A stretch of DNA of 32,792 nucleotides from Deinococcales bacterium (GTDB lineage Bacteria; Deinococcota; Deinococci; Deinococcales; JAAFIG01): assembly GCA_031414595.1 (NCBI GenBank), contig JANNVX010000035.1, positions 1-32,792 on the forward strand. Direction: 5' to 3'. The notes beneath the pieces were generated by a model, which was given only the letters and a program-made list of their open reading frames with translations, made no database searches and was not told the DNA's origin. This document shows, piece after piece, positions 28,320 to 32,792 of this stretch. Within the stretch, counting starts at the first letter, position 1. Each line of letters opens with the position of its first letter. The translations under genes and the position numbers were made by a program.

Positions 28320-30006
28320 AACCAAGGATACTCGAGTCTATCTTAAAATCTTCGGCAATCAACCGCGCTGTCATTTTGGCACTCATCATCACGCTAGGCG
28401 TACCACCGCCCGGTTGCGCTCCAGCCCCAACCATGTAAAAACGCTCGATGTCCTCGGAACGGTTGTGTGGGCGAAAAAAAGCACTCTGGGCAAGGATTGG
28501 TTCTGGACCAAAAGCATTGCCAAGGTAACTGGATAATGTGCCTTCAAAGTAATCTGGGTCAATAAAACTTTGGTAGACAAGTCTTTGGCGCAAATTGGGA
28601 ATATAGCCGCGCTCCTCGAGAAAACGCAGAATTTTATCCACAAAGGGCTGCCCTAAGAGTTCCCAATCGAGTTTAGAGCCATTGTGCGGCACGGGTACAA
28701 GCGTATAAGCCACATGATGACCAACTGGGGCAAGGCTCGGGTCGGTCAGGCTTGGAATATGCAGATACTGCGAGAAGTCCTTTGCCAGAATTTTACGACC
28801 AAAAATATCTTTTAGAAGTTCTTCATAACGCGGACCTAGAATAATGTTGTGATGCTTTAGGTTTGTCTCTAAACCATCGGCTTTGAAACCAAAGTAGACC
28901 ACCACCAAACTCATGCTTTGCGGCGCAATTTTTACCTTGACATCTGAATTCCAAGTGCGGAACTTATTGGGGATTAAACTCATATAAGTGTTGGCATAAT
29001 CGCCGTTAGAAATAACCAAATCTGCCTCGAGTGAACTGCCGTTCTCGAGCGTTACGCCTTTGGCAATTCTTCTCGAGAAACGCCCAGATGGTTCAGCCCC
29101 AAATTCGTTCTTGATTTGAATACTTTTGACGGCTGAATCAAACTCGATTTTACCGCCCATTTCTTCAAATTTACGCACAAAGGCGTTGACCAACGCACCC
29201 GTACCACCAAGCGCAAAATGAATTCCCCAAGTTTTTTCAACAAAGTGAATCATCGCGTAAATTGAAGGCACAGAAAGCGGATTACCACCGACCAGCAGCG
29301 TCTCGAAACTAAAAACCTGCTGCATTTTAGGGTTCTTAAAGTATTTCTTGGCAAAACCAAACAGGGTACGAATTGCATCAAGGCGCATTAAATCTGGCAC
29401 GACTTTGAGCATCGCCAGCACATCACCAAAATGGGTATAGCCAAGCTCTAAAAAACCACGTTCAAAAATCGCTTTGGCATCGGCATGAAAACGCTCGTAA
29501 CCGGCTAAGTCTTCTGGGGCAAGGGTTTTAATTTGCGCCCGAGTGTTTACTGGGTCGCCGTCGTAATCAAAGAATGTACCATCATCAAAATAAATGCGGT
29601 AAAACGGTAAAATCGGCACAAGTTGCACGTACTTGGAGGTATTCACCCCACCCGAGATACCGCTTTTGACTCGAGCATCCTCGGTTAAAGTCTGCGGCGG
29701 ATAATCGGGCGTGTTCAGCATGGCTTTATTTGGCTCGAGACTAAAAAGTTCTTCGATAAAATGCGGCACGGTAATTACGGTCGGACCCATATCAAAGGTA
29801 AAACCTTGATGTGCCGCTAATGGTTCACGTTGTTTGATTTGCCTCCAAACCCCATCTTGCTGCACAACTTTACGCACATACGCCCGACCACCCGGCGCGT
29901 CTAATTTCTCCAAGATAGTGGTCTGGAAACCAAGGCTCTGTAAGCGAATCCCAAGGCTTAATCCACCAATGCCACTACCAATAATAATTGCCTTCTTACG
30001 ATCCAT
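28318..30006 (-). CDS. crtI: Phytoene desaturase
   Basis: [66 protein letters not shown]. Confidence 0.92.
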   Translation of the reverse strand: MDRKKAIIIGSGIGGLSLGIRLQSLGFQTTILEKLDAPGGRAYVRKVVQQDGVWRQIKQREPLAAHQGFTFDMGPTVITVPHFIEELFSLEPNKAMLNTPDYPPQTLTEDARVKSGISGGVNTSKYVQLVPILPFYRIYFDDGTFFDYDGDPVNTRAQIKTLAPEDLAGYERFHADAKAIFERGFLELGYTHFGDVLAMLKVVPDLMRLDAIRTLFGFAKKYFKNPKMQQVFSFETLLVGGNPLSVPSIYAMIHFVEKTWGIHFALGGTGALVNAFVRKFEEMGGKIEFDSAVKSIQIKNEFGAEPSGRFSRRIAKGVTLENGSSLEADLVISNGDYANTYMSLIPNKFRTWNSDVKVKIAPQSMSLVVVYFGFKADGLETNLKHHNIILGPRYEELLKDIFGRKILAKDFSQYLHIPSLTDPSLAPVGHHVAYTLVPVPHNGSKLDWELLGQPFVDKILRFLEERGYIPNLRQRLVYQSFIDPDYFEGTLSSYLGNAFGPEPILAQSAFFRPHNRSEDIERFYMVGAGAQPGGGTPSVMMSAKMTARLIAEDFKIDSSILG

Positions 30007-30083
30007 GCGTTTAGTCTATGCTCGAAAGCCCCATGTGACCAAAGGGACAAACTACAGTTTATAGGCGATACTGGACTACAATT

Positions 30084-30692
30084 CTAGCCATTGAAGACCG
30101 TATCCATTTTTTGACGGTCATACTCGAGTAAATACCCAGAGAATTTTGTGTACAACCCCTTCAAGGCTTGATGATTTTCACCAACAACATCCATACCTCG
30201 GTCATCATAAACCCAAACCATCAGCTTATTTTGTAAATCAAAAAGATAAATTTGACAACCAGGATTAGGTTGAATACTCGAGAATTCACGGGCAACAGCG
30301 CACCAAAGAACATTAGACAGCAAAACGCTAGGAACTTGGAAAGCAACATGAACCCACCAATGTGGTTCTTCGCTGGGTCTTTGCGTTGGCTCGAGCCAAA
30401 TTTCTTTATCTTTTGGAATACAAATACCTGCCGCCTCGAGACCTCGCAGAATACTACGGTAGGCAAAGCAGTTACTTGTTTGCCACATATACACCCGTAG
30501 ACAAACAACAATGTCACCCACAAAAATATCAGTGCAAATTTCAGTGGCTTTACGAAGCGCCGTCAAAAATTGCTCAAGAAAATCACCACCCTCAGAAAGC
30601 TCAAATCTCAAACCAACGGGATAGGAATAAAATAATGGTCGGTCAAAGGCTTTTCCCAAGAATTGAGTTTCAATTTGCTGACGATAATTCAT
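30084..30692 (-). CDS. DUF3885 domain protein
   Basis: PLFYSYPVGLRFEL, YDDRGMDVV, YDRQKMD; ATGA coupling to the upstream ORF. Confidence 0.8.
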   Translation of the reverse strand: MNYRQQIETQFLGKAFDRPLFYSYPVGLRFELSEGGDFLEQFLTALRKATEICTDIFVGDIVVCLRVYMWQTSNCFAYRSILRGLEAAGICIPKDKEIWLEPTQRPSEEPHWWVHVAFQVPSVLLSNVLWCAVAREFSSIQPNPGCQIYLFDLQNKLMVWVYDDRGMDVVGENHQALKGLYTKFSGYLLEYDRQKMDTVFNG

Positions 30693-30937
30693 CGGATAGT
30701 TGAAATTTCCGTACCTGCCCAGAGTTTTAAGAGTGCCACAACTTGGGTTTCATCAATCCGCAAGGTATCCGAGCCGTTACCCACATACCAAGCCTCGAGT
30801 GGTTCGCTGCGCCGTCCATTGGTGCGAATAAACACAAGTTCAAGGTTTGTCTCGAGTTTTGTGCGAGCGTAAGCCCGAGCGCCTTTAAGTGGCATAGCGC
30901 AAGCGGTATAGAAATCGGCTGGGGTCGGTGGGTTCAT
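30689..30937 (-). CDS. Small hypothetical protein
   Basis: 82 aa; TATTCT 6 nt upstream of the ATG at 30937; stop overlaps the DUF3885 start. Confidence 0.55.
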   Translation of the reverse strand: MNPPTPADFYTACAMPLKGARAYARTKLETNLELVFIRTNGRRSEPLEAWYVGNGSDTLRIDETQVVALLKLWAGTEISTIR

Positions 30938-31005
30938 GCTGGCAGAATACACCAGATACTCGAGGCTTGAATACTTTCATAACGCATAAATTGCTAAACT
31001 GCTTC

Positions 31006-31539
31006 ATGGCTGCAACAATTATTGTTTTGAATGGTGGTTCGAGTTCAGGCAAATCTTCAATTGCCTTGTGTTTGCAAGATTTGCTACTCGAGCCTTGGTT
31101 ATCCTTGGGGGTAGACACCTTTATTGGGACTTTACCAACTCGTTTATTTGCTTCTGAAAAAGGCATAGAATTCCAAACAGATGGGAAAATTAGTTTGAGT
31201 CATGAATTTACACGCTTAGAATTGGCTTGGATGCAAGGCGTTGCCGCTATGGGAAAAGCGAACGCTAAAATTATTATTACCGATGGTTTTCTGAGCGGCG
31301 CAATTTCACAACAACGTTGGCAAAAAGCCTTACATGGTCTCGAGGTACTTTGGGTTGGTGTGCGTTGTGCTGCCGAAATCGCCGCAATTCGAGAACAACA
31401 AAGAGGTGATAGAAGTATTGGAATGGCAGTGCAACAAGCCGAATTGGTTCATATTGATGTTGATTACGACTTGGTGGTGGATACAACCAATACCGAAGCC
31501 TTGGTTTGCGCCAAAAAAATAATGGCTTTACTGAACTGA
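31006..31539 (+). CDS. Chloramphenicol phosphotransferase (CPT)-like P-loop kinase
   Basis: IIVLNGGSSSGKSSIA, LGVDTF, WVGVRC..RE..RGDR..GMA..Q, YDLVVDTT. TAAACT lies 5 nt upstream of the ATG at 31006. Confidence 0.88.
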   Translation: MAATIIVLNGGSSSGKSSIALCLQDLLLEPWLSLGVDTFIGTLPTRLFASEKGIEFQTDGKISLSHEFTRLELAWMQGVAAMGKANAKIIITDGFLSGAISQQRWQKALHGLEVLWVGVRCAAEIAAIREQQRGDRSIGMAVQQAELVHIDVDYDLVVDTTNTEALVCAKKIMALLN

Positions 31540-31638
31540 ATTTTAACTCTGTTCATCACCTGTTTCCTTCTTGGCATATTTTTCGGAAAATTAGTTCACC
31601 GCTAAGTCATGATTATCAGCTTTTACGCATGTTTCAAC

Positions 31639-31678
31639 ACATCCGACTGCATAAATCAAGACATCCGACTGCATAAAT
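31639..31678. repeat. 18-bp direct repeat x2 with 22-bp period
   Basis: ACATCCGACTGCATAAAT at 31639 and 31661. Confidence 0.95.
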
Positions 31679-31707
31679 TTGACAAGTGATGAATACCATG
31701 CTATCAT
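31679..31707 (+). promoter_or_regulatory. Near-consensus sigma70 promoter with no sense CDS downstream
   Basis: TTGACA-17 bp-TATCAT with an extended -10 TG. Confidence 0.6.
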
Positions 31708-31718
31708 GTTTCCTATCA

Positions 31719-31742
31719 GCGCCCAGATGTGGCGCATTTTTT
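31719..31742 (+). terminator. Short hairpin + T tract
   Basis: GCGCC-cagatgt-GGCGC-ATTTTTT, abutting the DUF2726 stop. Confidence 0.5.
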
Positions 31743-32229
31743 ATGTCTGCTCGAGTCGTCTTAGCACTTGCGCCAAGCCATCCCCAATCCGTACCCGTTC
31801 GAGAGCAAAACCAGCTACCCGACAAGCCTCATTCTTTGTCGCATCGAACTTTTGTTGTTTTTGATTGTTGTGGCTTTTACCATCTATTTCGAGTGCCAAA
31901 AGTGGTACAAAGTCATGACTCAGAACCAAGAAGTCAAAGTGCATAGCTCGAATACGACTGTAGTGGCTGTACCGCTTTTCGCCTTGTGCCTCGAGGACAT
32001 CAGACAACCGAACCTTGGGGAAAACAATATAATGCCCTTGCAGTGCCTCGAGTAGCGCTCCATAATACTGCAATTCGGATTTGGTGAAAAACTTACCCTT
32101 GCGCTTAAACTCGAGCGGATACTTGCCTGAACTCGACTCAGCACTAAAGCGTTCACGTAACTGCATAACAGCGCCAAATGCACCAATGGCAACAATCACC
32201 AAAATCAAAATGTTCAGCCAAGTGTTCAC
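31741..32229 (-). CDS. DUF2726 domain membrane-anchored protein
   Basis: N-terminal TM; SELQYY, FPKVRLSDV, HFDFLV, LEIDGKSH, DATKNEACRVAG. TAAAAT lies 6 nt upstream of the GTG. Confidence 0.88.
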   Translation of the reverse strand: MNTWLNILILVIVAIGAFGAVMQLRERFSAESSSGKYPLEFKRKGKFFTKSELQYYGALLEALQGHYIVFPKVRLSDVLEAQGEKRYSHYSRIRAMHFDFLVLSHDFVPLLALEIDGKSHNNQKQQKFDATKNEACRVAGFALERVRIGDGLAQVLRRLEQT

Positions 32230-32465
32230 TTCAGAATTTTATCACCCGAGCAGCCACCCTTGTGCGGAAATAACTGGGCATGGGCTTTAACCACCATTCG
32301 TTGCGCCATAAAAATCTCGCTTTCTGATGCAATTAGCATCAAGCCCTTAAAGTAACGCAAATCAACGTTTGACTCATCGGCACAGTGGCTTACGCTTTTT
32401 GCTCAAGCCGATACCAAAAACCATTTGGGAAGGATTACCAGTCCTAGGCAGACAATTCTTGCCTC

Positions 32466-32494
32466 TTGACGTTTACTATTTCTTCTGATACCAT
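32466..32494 (+). promoter_or_regulatory. tRNA promoter
   Basis: TTGACG-17 bp-TACCAT with extended TG. Confidence 0.75.
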
Positions 32495-32516
32495 TCTGCG
32501 CTGACCAATTCTGGTT

Positions 32517-32591
32517 GGCCCCGTCATCTAGCGGTTAGGATAACGCCCTTTCAAGGCGTGTACACGAGTTCGATTCTCGTCGGGGTCACCA
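32517..32591 (+). tRNA. tRNA-Glu (anticodon UUC)
   Basis: 75 nt; acceptor GGCCCCG/CGGGGTC, anticodon arm ACGCC-CTTTCAA-GGCGT, T arm ACGAG-TTCGATT-CTCGT, encoded CCA. Confidence 0.97.
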
Positions 32592-32595
32592 AGCC

Positions 32596-32623
32596 AACCA
32601 CACTGTTTAACAGTGTGGTTTTT
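32596..32623 (+). terminator. tRNA terminator
   Basis: AACCACACTGTT-T-AACAGTGTGGTT followed by T residues. Confidence 0.9.
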
Positions 32624-32655
32624 GCTTTTAAGGGGTACAGGGTTTTGTCTGCTTA

Positions 32656-32792
32656 TACCAAATTTACTTAGATAGTATTTAATCATCGAGCCAGCTAAAA
32701 CCAGCCCGACCACGAACCAGTTCAGGATTCTGCATCAGAAAAGCACAACGGTCACACAAAATATCTTCCAAAGCATCCAAATCAGCAAAGAT
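32656..32792 (-). mobile_element. IS630-family insertion sequence end, truncated by window end
   Basis: Terminus TA|TACCAAATTT (TA target at 32654-55), just past a transposase-like C-terminus. Confidence 0.65.
32679..32792 (-). CDS. IS630-family transposase C-terminus (5' partial; absent from the ORF track)
   Basis: Manual translation IFADLDALEDILCDRCAFLMQNPELVRGRAGFSWLDD* resembles the F..LD.LE..L..RC..L...PE....FxW tail of IS630 transposases. Confidence 0.65.
   Translation of the reverse strand: MFADLDALEDILCDRCAFLMQNPELVRGRAGFSWLDD

Noticed and set aside
31006-31539. Calling the CPT-like gene a chloramphenicol resistance determinant
   Set aside because: Family membership is clear, but the substrate cannot be inferred from sequence.
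32325-32341. 17-bp palindrome TGATGC-N5-GCATCA as a Deinococcus RDRM (DdrO) site
   Set aside because: Geometry matches, but the conserved TT/AA ends differ in both halves and it overlaps neither predicted promoter.
30084-32591. Integrated island anchored at tRNA-Glu
   Set aside because: No integrase is present, no duplicated tRNA end was seen, and CTCGAG density is normal.

Overview
A 32.8 kb bacterial chromosomal segment, about 45-50% GC by spot-checking. It is most likely from a Deinococcota (Deinococcales-like) organism, inferred from the GH13_4 amylosucrase, Deinococcus-type CrtI and Cys-less DUF2089, and pervasive leaderless -10/start-codon architecture. Both ends run into IS transposase C-termini (IS5 family left, IS630 family right), so it is probably a whole contig broken at repeats. 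Between them are 31 complete CDSs, including guaA, acnA, cysK, crtI, amylosucrase, a DUF4097/SHOCT/DUF2089 operon, a Phd/PIN (VapBC-type) TA pair and a complete four-gene Wadjet (jetABCD) anti-plasmid operon, plus tRNA-Glu(UUC). The most striking signal is not a gene. The palindrome CTCGAG occurs about 175 times by manual count (one per ~190 bp, versus ~7 expected by chance), in all three reading frames and in intergenic DNA. Paired copies form the stems of two terminators. This resembles cyanobacterial HIP1 or Neisseria/Pasteurellaceae uptake sequences. No searches or computations were run, so family calls rest on recognised motifs.
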